Assembly (NCBI RefSeq): GCF_006345805.1
Contig: NC_043003.1
Coordinates: forward strand, 93,434,001 to 93,498,000
Reading direction: 5' to 3'
Length of the DNA: 64,000 bases
From: Octopus sinensis
Taxonomy: Eukaryota
Shown: positions 1 to 12,466 of the stretch, piece after piece
How the letters are laid out: each line of letters begins with the position of its first letter
Numbering within the stretch: the stretch's first letter is position 1
The notes under the pieces: model-generated
The model's database searches: none
What the model was told of the DNA's origin: nothing
The model's input: only the letters and a program-made list of their open reading frames with translations
Translations under genes and position numbers: made by a program

Positions 1-64
1 AATATAAAAAAAGATCTTCCATAATCCTTAATGAAATCAATAACAAGAGGATACAATTACACGA

Positions 65-111
<47 letters not shown>

Positions 112-352
112 GGAGCAACGCCATGGAGGATTTAGTCGAACAAATTGACCCTAGTACTTATGTTTTAAAAAACTTTTTAAAACCTAATAATTATACTAAA
201 GTGCTCTTTTGCCGAACTTTTAAGTTACTTTGACGTAATCAAGCCTTCACCAGTTGTCAAACGGTTGTGGAGGACAAATACAACCACAAAAATACGCACA
301 TATATCCATACATGTACACACACACACACACACGCACACACACACACAAACA

Positions 353-393
<41 letters not shown>

Positions 394-482
394 GCACACA
401 CACATATACACACACGTTTAGGAATTTCTTTTGCAAGTTTTCTGAACTAAACAGACCAGGAGGATACACGTGGGATGGTAGA

Positions 483-525
483 GTCGCTTAACAGGTCACA
501 GATGTGTGACGAAAGATTTCTGGAC
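483..525 (+). ncRNA. Degenerate type-I hammerhead-like fold in a Penelope-terminal-repeat-like fragment
   Basis: Stem II GTCACA-gatg-TGTGAC (495-510) is followed by GAAA, then GATT-TC, then TGGAC, which pairs with the upstream GTC. The core reads CTTAACA instead of CTGANGA. Confidence 0.4.
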
Positions 526-658
526 AATGGGCATAAAATACAATACGAACAATGATAAAAGAGGGAAAAATGAATAGATAGTGCGTGTGATTATTTGGCA
601 AGAGAAAATGACCATCCCGAATATAACAACACACACAATATATATACATAAATGTATA

Positions 659-743
<85 letters not shown>

Positions 744-806
744 ATATAGTATATATACTACACAGACACACATACACATATATATACATACATATATATA
801 TATATA

Positions 807-2088
807 TTGGATCATCCCATAAATAATGCAGTTTTCTTCAATGGCGTGAACTAAATGACGGAGCGGTATGTGATAAACTACCTGCATCAACATACTATAA
901 AAGCAGGTAATGATTTTACTTTGTGCTTGTTCTTAGTGTAAGTTTTGAAGAGTGCAGTGCAATTTCAACAGTTATTTTTTTAAAACTGTAATAGAATTTA
1001 CAAAGGAGCATATTCGGCATATTTTTCTATATGAGTTCAATAAAGGCAACATCGCAACGGAAAGTGCGACGAATATTAATGCAGTATATGGGGATCGGAC
1101 AATAAGCGTAAGCCAGTGTCAATAGTTCGAGAAATTTCGAGCCGGAAATTTCAGCCTAGAAGACGAACATCGTTCTTAAAGATCTGTAGAGCTCGATGAG
1201 GACGTCCTGCAAACCCTATTGGAACAAGATCTCATCGTAACTGCTGAGGAACTAGCAGAGAAATTTGGATTTGGTCATTCAACCATTCATCGACACCTGC
1301 GTACCATCGGAAAAGTCAGCAAACTGGGTCAATGGGTTCCTCACAAACTTTTCGAGTCTAATCGCGCGCAGAGAGTGAATGTGTTCTCTTCTTTTCTGTC
1401 ATGCCTTACAAATGAACCTTTTTTGGACCGAATAGTGACTATTGACAAGAAATGGGCTCTCTATAAAAATGTCATGGGCCGAAGACAGTGGGTTAGGAAA
1501 GGAGAAACACCGGCACCACAGGCTAAAGAAAGTCTTCACCCACGTAAGGTGTTGTTGTCTGTTTGGTGGGATATGAAAGTTTCAGTCCATTCTGAACCTT
1601 TAAACCCAAATCAAACGACAACAAAGGAGATCTACTGCGAGCAGCTTGAGAGGATAAATCAGTGCTAGAAGGAAAACGACCGTCTTTGGCTTCAAGACGA
1701 AAGGTGTTCATCCATCAGGATAATGTCCGGCCACATACAACGAGGATGACATCCCAAAGGCTGGAACAGTTTGAATGGGAAACGATGTCCCATCGACCAT
1801 ATTCGCCGGACATTGCACCATCTGATTATCATTTATTCCGCGGTATTCAAGATCACTTGGATGGAAAAAGTATGAACTCTGTAGACGAGGTCAGAACAGT
1901 ACTGTAGGAGTATTTTTCGTCACGGACAAGAGAATTTTGGAAGAGGGGCCTGGCATTTCAGGGGGATGGAAGAGCATTGTAGAAAATGAAGGAAAGTATA
2001 GTTTATATCAAAATAGAACTTTGTCTATTTTAATTTTGAAAAATAAAGAATTATAAAAAAAAACTGCATTATTTATGGTATGACCCAA
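807..2088 (+). mobile_element. Full-length (1282 bp) mariner DNA transposon, inactivated
   Basis: 29-bp TIRs (ttggatcatcccataaataatgcagtttt at 807-835; reverse complement at 2060-2088, 2 mismatches). TA on both sides, inside (TA)n. Confidence 0.95.
991..2015 (+). pseudogene. Mariner DD34D transposase pseudogene
   Basis: Start codon appears mutated to ATA. N-terminal HTH region EHIRHIFLYEFNKG; motifs WVPHKL, DRIVTIDKKW, HQDNVRPH, YSPDIAPSDYHLF. Contains stops and frameshifts (ORFs 1219-1668 and 1662-1907). Confidence 0.93.
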
Positions 2089-2101
2089 TATATGTATGTA
2101 C

Positions 2102-2168
<67 letters not shown>

Positions 2169-2307
2169 TATATAGTGGAGCAATCTCAAGATTAATTCAG
2201 CCGAAATTGCGAGGATGATCGGTTCTTGACTGAAGATTGAAGGCTTCGAATGACCCGTCCGTGTTTTTTGTATCGTCTTCTGAATGTTTTGCGTTCTTGT
2301 CCCATTT

Positions 2308-2356
<49 letters not shown>

Positions 2357-3071
2357 GGAAGAAGGACAAGCAAAACATTTGGTGTTATTCGAGATACATT
2401 TACTTCATTATAACGTACAAATAAAGTATAAAATAGTTAAGCAGAGTTTCTTACACCAAAGGGATCATCCTGATGCGTATTGAATTAACGTAACTTTTTA
2501 CCTGATGAACTATTTACTCGCTAAAGTAAAGCACTCATACATGGGCCTATCAGTCGACTTATAAGGCTTCACCTTCGTTAATCCTCTAATTCTTTAATCA
2601 TGGAATTACATTATACAGTCACGTCTTGGCATCACTACTAATGTCCTCAATTAAGGATCTGCTTTCTACATCATGTTACCTCAATCATTCCGAAGGCAGG
2701 ATACCTGGGTTATATGAATTCATTACACATTAGTATGATCCACTCACAAGGCTTTACTTAGTCTGAGGCTATTGTAAAAAATGGTTGAGCAACTTGTCAC
2801 GCAGTAGGACTGAACCCGGAACCACGTGGTTGGGAAAATATGCTAACATTTAAAAACCCAAACAATTCTTTAACACTTTATACGTTAGTCAAGAGAGGAG
2901 AGACGTGCAGGAACGTTCTAAAGAGTCTAATCATCACATTCACATACATACATGAAAGCAGTTTTGACTGCGTCAAACCTAAAACTCCGTTCCTGAAAAT
3001 ATCATGTATTCGTGTGATATCGCCAAAATGCTCAATTCGAATGTCTGAAGGCATAAATATCTCCAAGTAAA

Positions 3072-3305
3072 AAGGTATCGAACTGACAGAATCGTTACCG
3101 CGCCTGGCAAGATGCTTAGCGGCATTTCGTCCGTCTTTACGTTCTGAGTTCAAATTCTGCCCGGGATCCACTTTGCTTTTCATCTTTTCAGAGTCGATAA
3201 AATAAGTACCAGACGAGTACTGGTGTCGTTGAAATGGACTTACTCTCTGCACCCCACCCCACCACCGAAATTGCTGACCTTGTGCCAAGATTTGAAACCA
3301 ATATC
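3072..3305 (+). mobile_element. tRNA-derived SINE family B (head ggcggcgagctggcagaatcgttagc type)
   Basis: Shares ttacgttctgagttcaaatt and ctttcatc..gtcgataaaataagtaccag with the copies at 8776 and 27085. Confidence 0.8.
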
Positions 3306-3329
3306 TTGGTTTTTAAAAAATGTAATAAA

Positions 3330-3670
3330 GGCGTAGGAGTGGCTGTGTGGTAAGTAGCTTGCTTACCAACCACATGGTTCCGGGTTCAGTCCCAATGCGT
3401 GGCACCTTAGGCAAGTGTCTTCTACTATAACCTCGGGCTGACCAAAGCCTTGTGAGTGGATTTAGTAGACGGGAACTGAAAGAAACCCGTCGTATATATG
3501 TATATATCGCTTGACAGCCGATACTGGTGTTTTTACGTCCTCGTAACTTAGTGGTTCGGCAAAAGAGACTGATAGAATATGTACTAGGCTTCCAAAGTCC
3601 TGGGCTTGGTTTGCTCGACTAAAGGCGGTACTCAAGCATGGCCACATGACTGAACCAAGTAAAAGAGTAA
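3330..3670 (+). mobile_element. tRNA-derived SINE family A (CORE-like ccttgggcaagtg block, internal microsatellite, gtaaaaga tail)
   Basis: A/B-box-like head ggagtggctgtgtggtaag...ggttcagtccc. More than 10 homologous copies in the window. Confidence 0.88.
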
Positions 3671-3997
3671 ATAGTATAAAATGAAAAAAAAAAAGTAAAA
3701 ACAAAAGTAAAATAAAAACAAACAATGGAAGGGGTGCTGGTTTGAATAATTGCAACAGAGAGAACTCTGCAAAATAGTGTTTTTCCAAATATCGGTCGGT
3801 CCTAAATAAGATGACCAATGGTCAAAAGAATTCCAGCAATGGCTATCCTGTTTTATATTTTCCCTTTCGAGTATCATGTATCTAATACAAATTATCAAAT
3901 GCAGCCTGAGATATCAACGTTTTAAAAACCATTAGTTTATGATCTGAAAGAAATTTGGCTGCAATTTCTAGCAGTTCAAACACAAACGTACCCCGTC

Positions 3998-4061
3998 TAT
4001 CTATCTATCTATCTATCTATCTATCCATCCATCCATCCATCCATCCATCCATCCATCCATC

Positions 4062-4124
<63 letters not shown>

Positions 4125-4192
4125 CATCCATCCATCCATCCATCCATCCATCATCTATCTATCTATCTATCCATCTATCTATCTATCTATCC

Positions 4193-4289
<97 letters not shown>

Positions 4290-4310
4290 GCTATCTATCT
4301 ATCTACATAT
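3998..4310. repeat. (ATCT)n/(ATCC)n compound microsatellite
   Basis: Directly visible tandem tetramers. Confidence 0.97.
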
Positions 4311-4970
4311 ATTTATCTATTTACCTACTGTTATCTTTTTCCCCATATACATACGCGCGAGCGGACACACAAATATACATACCCGCACAAACACACGTAA
4401 ACCCATACACACACGAACACACAAACAAACACACACATTTACAAACGCACAAAAAACATTATGAAGACACACCTACATTATCCTCATCCTCTACACAACA
4501 CAACTCCCACTCCCTTCTTCCAACCTCGCCCACTACCCTCAGCACATTATCATCATCATCATCATCGTCGTCACCATCATCACATTCCGCTGTTCGCTCT
4601 ACGCGCCACGATCATTTGCAACAAACCACCCGCCTCCACTCTACACACATATACACCTGAACATCCTTCACACGCACAACTGGTCCGGAAAGCACGGTGG
4701 TGGTCGAGAAGGGAGAGAGAGAGAGAGAGAGGGAGAGAGAGAGGGAGAGAAAGGGAGAAGGGGAGGAGAGAGTGAAGGAGAGGTAGTGAGTGAAATGCTG
4801 AGTGGGAACGGAAGGAAATGGGTGGGTCTGGGTAAAAGAAGAGTTGGTGAAGGAGGTGTGGGATGGCGGTTTAGTTATACGTTTGTGTCAAATTATGACA
4901 CTAACCTACTGCCATCATTGTCGTAATCACTGATGGCTTAGCTCCCTTACCAACGTTGTAATAATGCCTT

Positions 4971-5430
4971 AAATACATACATACATACATACATACATAC
5001 ATAAATACATACATGCATACATACATACATACATACATACATACATACATACATACATACATACATACATACATACGTACATACATACGTACATACATAC
5101 ACATACATACATACATACATACATACATACATACATACATACATACGTACATACATACGTACATACATACATACATACATACATACATACATACATACAT
5201 ACATACATACATACATACGTACATACATACATACATACATGCATACATACATACATACATACATACATACGTACATACATACATACATACATACATACAT
5301 ACATACATACATACATACGTACATACATACGTACATACATGCATACATACATACATACATACATACATACAAACATACATACGTACGTACATACGTACAT
5401 ACATACGTACGTACGTACATACATACATAT
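4971..5430. repeat. (CATA)n microsatellite, about 460 bp
   Basis: Directly visible; explains the MYVC/HTYI pseudo-ORFs. Confidence 0.97.
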
Positions 5431-5459
5431 ATATATATTCATTATGTATGTATGGATGT

Positions 5460-6075
5460 CTCTCTCTCTCTCCCTTTCTCACTTATTCTCTATCACTTAT
5501 TCTCTATCAAGAGAGTAGGGGTGAAGAGAAGTAGCAGTGAAGAGATGTAGGAGTAGGAATGAAGAGAAGTAGGAGTTGGGGCAAGAGAGGAGAGTTGGGT
5601 GGGAAGAAGGAGGAAGGGGTCGGTGGGAAGAAGGAGGAAGGGGTCGGTGGGAAGAAGGAGGAGGGAGGGAGAGAGAGGGGGAGAAGGAGGAAGAAGGGAG
5701 AGAGAGGAGAGCGGAGAGAAGGAGAGTAAGGGAGCAGAGAGAAAGAGAGAAGAGAGAAAGGGAGAAAGAGAGTAAGAGAGAAGAGGGAAAGAGAGTAGAG
5801 GGAAAAGAGGGAAGAAGAGGGAAAGAAGGTGAAAAGATGTAGGAGTGAAGAGAAGTAGGTGTCGGGGAGGAGGTTAGATGAAAAGGGAAGGAGAGTTGAG
5901 CCCAATAGCGTAAAAGAGCGAAAAGAGAAGATTAATCCCTGTTCACGGCGCAAGCGGGAGTCCGGATGGCCTCTGGGCAAGGACAATCCGAACACAGGCA
6001 GGTGTTGCAAGGAGTGACCGGTGGAGCGGAAATGGCGTGAGACTGGGGTGTCATTGCCGAGGCGGATCCATATGA
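5460..6075 (-). mobile_element. Penelope-like element 3' end (GIY-YIG C-terminus plus simple-sequence tail with 24-bp repeats)
   Basis: Translation VSRHFRSTGHSLQHLPVFGL...SRLRREQGLIFSF resembles the PLE endonuclease C-terminus (HF..HS...L.V.GL...R...EQ.LIF). Confidence 0.7.
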
Positions 6076-6665
6076 CCTCTGGTGGACCATATAAGGCTTT
6101 CGGGGTTCCACACATGCAAAATAATCATTTCGAGATCCCCAGTATCATTTGAAGGGTCCATGAAAAAATCTTTGCTTTGGATATACTTATTGTAAGAAAC
6201 ACCTAGGTTTCTTTCGCTAATATGGTTCAACATGTTTCTTGCTAACGTATGCAAGTGAACGTATGAAAAACAAAATCGAAATTTTGAAAGAAGTATCTCT
6301 AAAACTAGTTTTTAAAACGTTGACTAAAATAATAATCAGCATAAAATAATAATCAAAGAAGTCCATTTGCAAAGCATGGAGGAGAACCACTAGCTTATAC
6401 ACTTTGAATTGGGTTTGTTGTTGGTTTGTGATGGGGGTAATCCAAATGTGATATGGCCAATATGTATATTGTTTCCCACATCTTGTTTTGAGGAGATTTG
6501 AATCGTGAAGGACTTACAAAGGAAGGACAATTATTTATCAATTCCAGAAAGGTGCTCGAGATAATTATGTTGAAATTTGGTGATCTTGGCGATGTTGAAC
6601 AAGATGAAAATGGACATATATACATGCGTACGCAAAAAAACACACACACACACACAACTCTCTCT

Positions 6666-6732
<67 letters not shown>

Positions 6733-6737
<5 letters not shown>

Positions 6738-7602
6738 CAACTGAATGAGGGAAAATTTGAGCTGATGCATTTTGGAAGAAATTCCTCACTAAAACAACCA
6801 TACTCTCTTCCTTCAGGGGAAACGCTCACAGCCTCTAACAATATCAGAGACCTGGGTGTAATTGTTGATGACGATCTCAGTTGGAGTGCACACATCAACA
6901 AGAAGGTCGATATAGCTCGTAGGATGAGTTCCTGGATCTTAAGAACTTTCCGGTCCAGAGAACAAGGTGTCATCATACCACTTTTTTCCTCCTTTGTACG
7001 GCCACACCTTGAATACTGCTGCCCACTGTGGTCTCCTCACACAAGACAAAACATCTCCAGAATTGAGTCACCCCAGAGGGCTCTCACTAAACAAATTGAA
7101 GGCATGGCTGCTCTCGATTATTGGGATCGCCTCAAAGCTTTGAAACTTTACTCCCTCCAGCGTCGCCGTGAGCGGTACATCATTTGTACGATGTGGAAAA
7201 TATACCGCCAACTTTGCCCAAACGACCTAAACATTAGCTTCAAGGTTCATCCAAGACTTGGACCACGGGCTACACGTCCCCTGCCAAATTCAAGATCACA
7301 ACATACACGTACACTGCAACATAATTTCTTTTCCTCAACAGGCCCTGCCCTATTTAACATTGTCCCGAGGGAGATCAAAGAGGAAAAGGATCCCATCAAC
7401 TTCAAACAGAGTCTGGATAGATTCCTTCAAAGAATACCAGATAAGCCACCCATAATTGGATACAACTCACCCAACAAGAACTCACTACTTGAACAAAACT
7501 TGACTTAAACAGGATTCGAATAATCCTATCAGGTGGTGCTATTAAGTTAGACATGGCCTGGACCAATCTCTGGTCGAAACACATCTAAGTTTATCTAAGT
7601 TT
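6733..7602 (+). mobile_element. CR1-clade LINE, 5'-truncated 3' fragment inserted in (TA)n
   Basis: Uninterrupted ORF 6735-7508 with IRDLGVIVDDDLSWSAHI, FVRPHLEYCCPLWSP and LYSLQRRRERY. Short tandem atctaagttt tail; (TA)n on both sides. Confidence 0.92.
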
Positions 7603-7678
7603 ATATATATATATATATATATATATTGGTATAAACGGTAAGATAACAAGAAGAAATTTATCTGTAAAATAATGTGAC

Positions 7679-7830
7679 AATTATTCAATAGCCAAGATAA
7701 AACTCTGAGTTTCGGATGCCGAGGTGGAAATCCACAACACCATCTTTTCGGATGGCCAGATAACCGAAGAGATGGTGTTGTGGATTTCCACCTCGACATC
7801 CGAAACTCAGAGTTTTATCTTGGCTATTGA

Positions 7831-7836
<6 letters not shown>
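7679..7836. repeat. 73-bp inverted repeat with 12-nt loop (inverted Penelope-type terminal repeat)
   Basis: Arms 7679-7751 and 7764-7836, 3 mismatches by eye. Confidence 0.95.
7758..7820 (+). ncRNA. Type-I hammerhead fold with a U4>C core variant
   Basis: Stem I AGATAA/TTATCT, core CCGAAGA, stem II GATG..CATC with inner GTGG/CCAC, GAAA, quasi-palindromic CTCAGAG, GUU cleavage triplet. Confidence 0.65.
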
Positions 7837-7881
<45 letters not shown>

Positions 7882-7885
<4 letters not shown>

Positions 7886-8380
7886 GTTGAGTAACAAGTA
7901 ACCATGAAGAATTTGTACCGGATTTTTGCAGAGTTTTGAATTGTTTTAAAGCATTTTTTTTTTTTGCAATTGTCTAATAATATAGGCATAGACATGCCCA
8001 AATGCATCAATAAATTAATATTGGTATTTTTTCACCCTTGTTACAATAATCTGAAATGGAACTGTCAAAGCGCGATATTCGGTCAATTTTGCTATTCAAC
8101 TTCAAAAAAAGGACGTAAAGCAGCTGAAACTGCTGGCGATATCAACGAAACGTTTGGTGAGGAAGCGACTAGTGGGTGGTCAGCTCGAAAATGGCTTAAA
8201 CCATTTTAGAGTGGAGCCCATCTGTCATGAATGATGATCAATTAAAGGCCGTCATTGAGAAAGATCCACGTGATATCACTCGAGAACTGATAAAAGAACT
8301 TCTAGTCAGAAAATGCCTACAACCATTTGTATGCGATCGGAAAATCAAAAATGCTCGAAAATAGGTATCACACGATTAAA
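7882..8380 (+). mobile_element. Second mariner family, 5' fragment
   Basis: TA-TCAGGTTG end. ATG at 8056 gives MELSKRDIRSILLFNFKK..KAAETAGDINETFGEE..ARKW, then DDQLKAVIEKDP. Deleted and frameshifted. Confidence 0.85.
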
Positions 8381-8775
8381 AAAATTTTTTAAATTTAAAT
8401 GCTCCATCAACAGACTTCTTCAGGAAGTAAGAAAAAATGAGGAGAAAGCGACAAAAGAATACGTATATGCATGCGCATAGACATGCATTGTGAACGGTTT
8501 GTTACTACAATGTCGTTCTTTTATGGAGAAGGTACTGTCTTGTGGACATCTTTCAGCAGCTCATCATGATGCAGATTTCTCCTATCTCATCAGTATTTTC
8601 TGATTCATTGTGGGTATTTGAAAGAATTCTCATATCTCTTGTTGACCACATATAGACAGTGAGTTCCTTATGAATTTTTCTAAAATGTGTTATGAAGAGG
8701 AGTCAAATGTGATTAAAATGGTAAACAAACTCGCTAACATATACATATTCAGCAGCGTAATGGTATGAACACTAA

Positions 8776-9012
8776 GGCGGCGAGCTGGCAGAATCGTTAG
8801 CACGCCGGGCGAAATGCTTAGCGGTACCTCGTCTGCCGTTACGTTCTGAGTTCAAATTCCGCCGAGGTCGATTTTGCCTTTCATCCTTTCGGGGTCGATT
8901 AAATAAGTACCAGTTACACACTGGGGTCGATATAATCGACTTAATCCGTTTGTCAGTCCTTGCTTGTCCTCTCTGTGTGTAACCCCTTGTGGGTAGTAAA
9001 GAAATAGGTATG
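8776..9012 (+). mobile_element. tRNA-derived SINE family B, well preserved
   Basis: tRNA-like head with B box gagttcaaattcc; matches the copies at 3072 and 27085. Confidence 0.88.
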
Positions 9013-9252
9013 AAAACTAAGTAGAACATTTCCTTTTATATGTACAACAAGAAAGAGTGGTTGAGCGGCTTTATTACGTGGAAGAAAAGACTTCGTTGTT
9101 TTCTGTGCCTGTTATATTGTGTTCTGAAAGAGGTAGGAAGTGATACTGGGATTTAAAAATAATTTGCCTAACACTTTGAGTAATCAAGTGGTATCTGAAG
9201 CTCTTTGACTCATATTGTTAACTATTTTTTCGAAAATTTACTTTATTAATAC

Positions 9253-9351
9253 CTGCAGCCCACCATTAGCACTTATTCACAGCACGTGTCTAATGCTTAT
9301 ATATGAGCCGTACATATGTGGACCCGTACTTCGAAAAGTAAAATTTAATTT
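9253..9351 (-). other. Candidate 99-nt exon of the minus-strand spliced locus
   Basis: Acceptor tttcttcgtag|, donor ctgcag|gtatta. Confidence 0.35.
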
Positions 9352-9399
9352 CTACGAAGAAACATTTCCCAGATTTTCGTAATTATGAATTGAAACTTG

Positions 9400-10075
9400 A
9401 ACAATACATTCAGAAAGCATCAGAAACAAATAAAAATTAGAAAAAGAGTTGGTGACACAAAATTTGAAACATTAAACTACATCAAATGAAACAAGAACTA
9501 GTAACAAATGAAGAATAAAAATATAAATCATCGTATTATAACTGCTGAATTAACGGTTCACCAAAGACTTTAAATCAGTCTACCGTAGCTTCCAGTGTAA
9601 ACAACACAATTTCAGTAAAAGACACCCCATCAGAAGAACAAGTTAAAAGCCACTGGAAGTCTGAAATAACGGGTAAAACAATCAAGCTGGATGGATGAGA
9701 TAATTAGAACAAGGCTACTAGCAAAGATGTTGAACAAGAACAGTGTGAAATAAATGACACAGCGCGGGAAAAAAGTTTTTGAGAAAATAGCAAAACTAAA
9801 TTTCTGAAGGCCAGATCTTATAACAGAAAATTTGCTACAATAATTTGCTACAAAAATTTGCTACAATAATTTGCTACAATAATTTGCTACAATAATTTGC
9901 TACAATAATTCCACCATCTATCATTGAGTTTGATTACATTTTATAGAAAGAAAAATGGGTTCGAATAACCCAAACATATACCAACTGCCCTTACCCTTCT
10001 AATGTCAAAACATAGCCAAACCAACCAGACTAAATATAACTACCCGATAACCTGAGATATTCACTGGAATCACCA
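9400..10075 (+). mobile_element. Highly decayed Dong/R4-like RT remnant containing a 13-bp tandem (aatttgctacaat) x ~6
   Basis: Remnant motifs PSEEQVKSHWK and a region resembling KAPGPD...YRPITCL; many stops. Confidence 0.5.
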
Positions 10076-10222
10076 GTCTTTTCTCACTTGATCGTTTGCC
10101 CTCTGTGTAAGATGGATAATAGAAGGAAGCATGAGGCTGTATAGAATTGCTACTTATTCACCAAGTGATTCAAGACATCACAAGGGGGAAAAATGAATTT
10201 AACTGCAGTACGGGTGAACTAC

Positions 10223-10393
10223 CTGAAACCTTTTTGAATTTGTTTAAGCAAGAACACGACGAGATTATTATAACACCTCGGAAGCTGGTTTGTTGTTTAT
10301 ATCTCAATCTTAATGTAAACAGATTATGTTTCCTAAGTAGAGAAGGAAGCCGTTGTTTTCAATTTGTATAAATATAATCATATGAAAACTGAA
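10223..10393 (-). pseudogene. Candidate exon A (171 nt, phase 1-1), one in-frame TGA
   Basis: Acceptor ctctcgtgttacag|, donor tttcag|gtagtt. Paralogous to 11986-12195. Confidence 0.5.
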
Positions 10394-10560
10394 CTGTAAC
10401 ACGAGAGAATGAAAATGCCATAAGGTAATTACAGAGAAACATTAACCCGAGAAGAGAAATGAAGAAAAAGAAAACAGAACAAATATCTCTTCAAAAGGAA
10501 ATTAGGAAAATTCTATCCCTATCCAAAAATATGACTGAATTATCCATATGACTCGATTAC

Positions 10561-10646
10561 CAAGGCTTATTCTATTAGACAAAGTTCTAAAATCACAAGT
10601 AGCTGCTATTCAAAACCTAAGCAAGACAGAGTACATTCTTCTACTC
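10561..10646 (-). pseudogene. Candidate exon C (86 nt, phase 2-1), one in-frame TGA
   Basis: Very strong acceptor ttttttcctctcatttcacag|, donor ccttg|gtaatc. Confidence 0.5.
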
Positions 10647-11244
10647 CTGTGAAATGAGAGGAAAAAATTTAACATAATAGATTATCCAAAAGCATCCTCC
10701 AGAGCAGGAGCTTGCGAGTTTTATAACGTTTTCTGTTGTTAAGTTTATTATCATACTTATTCACAACAAAGCATAGGCACGGGATTCACCGAACTAGGGA
10801 TAAGAGCCTCCATGCAGTCACTCGATCTTTTAAATACACCAAGCAATTCCCCTTTAAAGTGCTACTTACTGTTTTAATAAAGGTGAAACACATTTGACAG
10901 ACTATAGCTGAATAAAAGAAGGGGCAGTCACAGACAGAATGCCTTTGACAATACATAAACTCTTCTGTGGTTCAGCAAAAACAACATAGTGTTTATAGAA
11001 ATAAATATACTGTATATAAGTAAAATTCTTGCCTTTTCTATGAAAACAGTTTGAAGCTTTATAGGCCAGAATTTAGTCAATCATATCACATATCAAAATG
11101 TAATCAGATTTCGACGCCTGCAATTCCACCGAATTTGGAATCAAATTTGATGATTGCAAATACGTATTTAGGGTAATAAGACGAAGAAAAACTAGTATGG
11201 CTCACTAAGAAAACGTAAATGACATAGCTTACAATACCCCTTAC

Positions 11245-11363
11245 GAAGCTAGTTGAGAACTTGAAATATTTCGAACCAGATGAGATGTCATGTGTGACGA
11301 ACCTATTACAAGACATGAATACTTCAAGAAAGTAAAGAATAATTGCTCATCACAGTTGTCAGT
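11245..11363 (-). pseudogene. Candidate exon B (119 nt, phase 0-2), open frame TDNCDEQLFFTFLKYSCLVIGSSHMTSHLVRNISSSQLA
   Basis: Acceptor cttctttatag|, donor cttc|gtaagg. Only phase 0 is open. Confidence 0.5.
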
Positions 11364-11654
11364 CTATAAAGAAGCATAGCGATACGAACTCATAAAGAGA
11401 ATGAATATACACTGGAAATAAAAATGATGACCAGTCACAAACGAACAGAAATATCACAACTTAACCAACCACGCATGAAACACATTAGACTCCACGAAAG
11501 GAAGCAACAACACTCAAATTGAATTAAAGGTGCAACTGATAGATCTAGGTTTCGGGGCCCTCACAGAAAGAGTGACACAGGTTCAGACAAGTGGTGACAT
11601 GAGTGACTTCTAGGGCATCCAATACCTTCAAGTTATAGAAAAATGCGCATTAAA

Positions 11655-11835
11655 TATTGATGATGATGATGATGGTGGTGGTGGTGATGATGATAATGGC
11701 GTTCATGAGGATAATGTTGGTGGTGATGTTGATGATGATGCTACTGCTGCTGCTGCTGATGATGATGATAGTGATGGTGATGATGATGATGATGACGACG
11801 ACGACGACGACGAAGACGATGACGATGATGGTAAT
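11655..11835. repeat. Compound trinucleotide repeat (GAT/GGT/GCT/GAC)n
   Basis: Directly visible. Confidence 0.95.
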
Positions 11836-11985
11836 AGTCATGGAGTTGTTCAGCGTCTAGTTTCTGCCATTCCATCATTTCAGAAGTATTTTTGTGATTT
11901 TTCCCTTCTTTTTGCTTCATTGAAATGTCAGTTAGAGTAAATTATTTTTTATTTAAGGTAAAAAAATTTTGAAATATTTTCTTAC

Positions 11986-12195
11986 CGTAATAAAGCTGCG
12001 CCCATTTTCAGCGCCTACCTTGACTTCTGCATTTGGCCTTTTGAATTAGTTTATGCGAGAAGACGACGAGATAATTATAACACCTCGGAAGCTGGTGTAC
12101 TGTTTATATTTCAACCTCAATGTAGACAGATTGTGTTTCCTAAGTGGAGAATGAAGCCGTTGTTTTCGATTCGAATAAATATTATCATATGAAAA
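11986..12195 (-). pseudogene. Candidate exon A' (210 nt, phase 0-0), one in-frame TAA
   Basis: Acceptor ttcag|, donor ttacg|gtaaga. Duplicate of exon A together with upstream intron sequence. Confidence 0.5.
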
Positions 12196-12466
12196 CTGAA
12201 TTGTAACACCAGAAAATGAAAATGCCATAAAGTTAATTAATGAGGAACATTAACCCGAGAAGAAAAATGTAAAAAGAAAAAAAGAGAAAAGAAAGAAAGA
12301 CCAAATATCTCTTCTAAAGAAAATGAGGAAAATCTTATCTCTATCTCAAAATAGACCAGTTCACTGACAGGGTTATACTCGAAGCAAACTCATTGACCAC
12401 GGAAGGAATAAATCGCACTAAATATCTAACTCGGAGTATATAGTGTTTATATATCACATTTCATAC

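Noticed and set aside
2229-2260. CTGAAGA as an HHR core
   Set aside because: No stem II closed by GAAA and no stem I partner.
4870-4905. GTGTCA/TGACAC stem followed by AAACGTA on the minus strand
   Set aside because: The CUGANGA core is absent; too degraded to call.
8560-8600. Minus-strand CTGATGA followed by GAT/ATC
   Set aside because: GAAA is not positioned after the stem. The cores at about 14113, 22660, 35157, 37881 and 48229 fail in the same way.
9828-9910. 13-bp tandem repeat as a CRISPR-like or regulatory array
   Set aside because: No spacers; it is a simple slippage minisatellite inside a decayed retroelement.
10610-10612. Recurrent in-frame TGA in the exon chain read as selenocysteine
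   Set aside because: The paralogous codon is CGA (Arg), not Cys; another stop is TAA; no SECIS was recognised. CpG decay is the simpler explanation.
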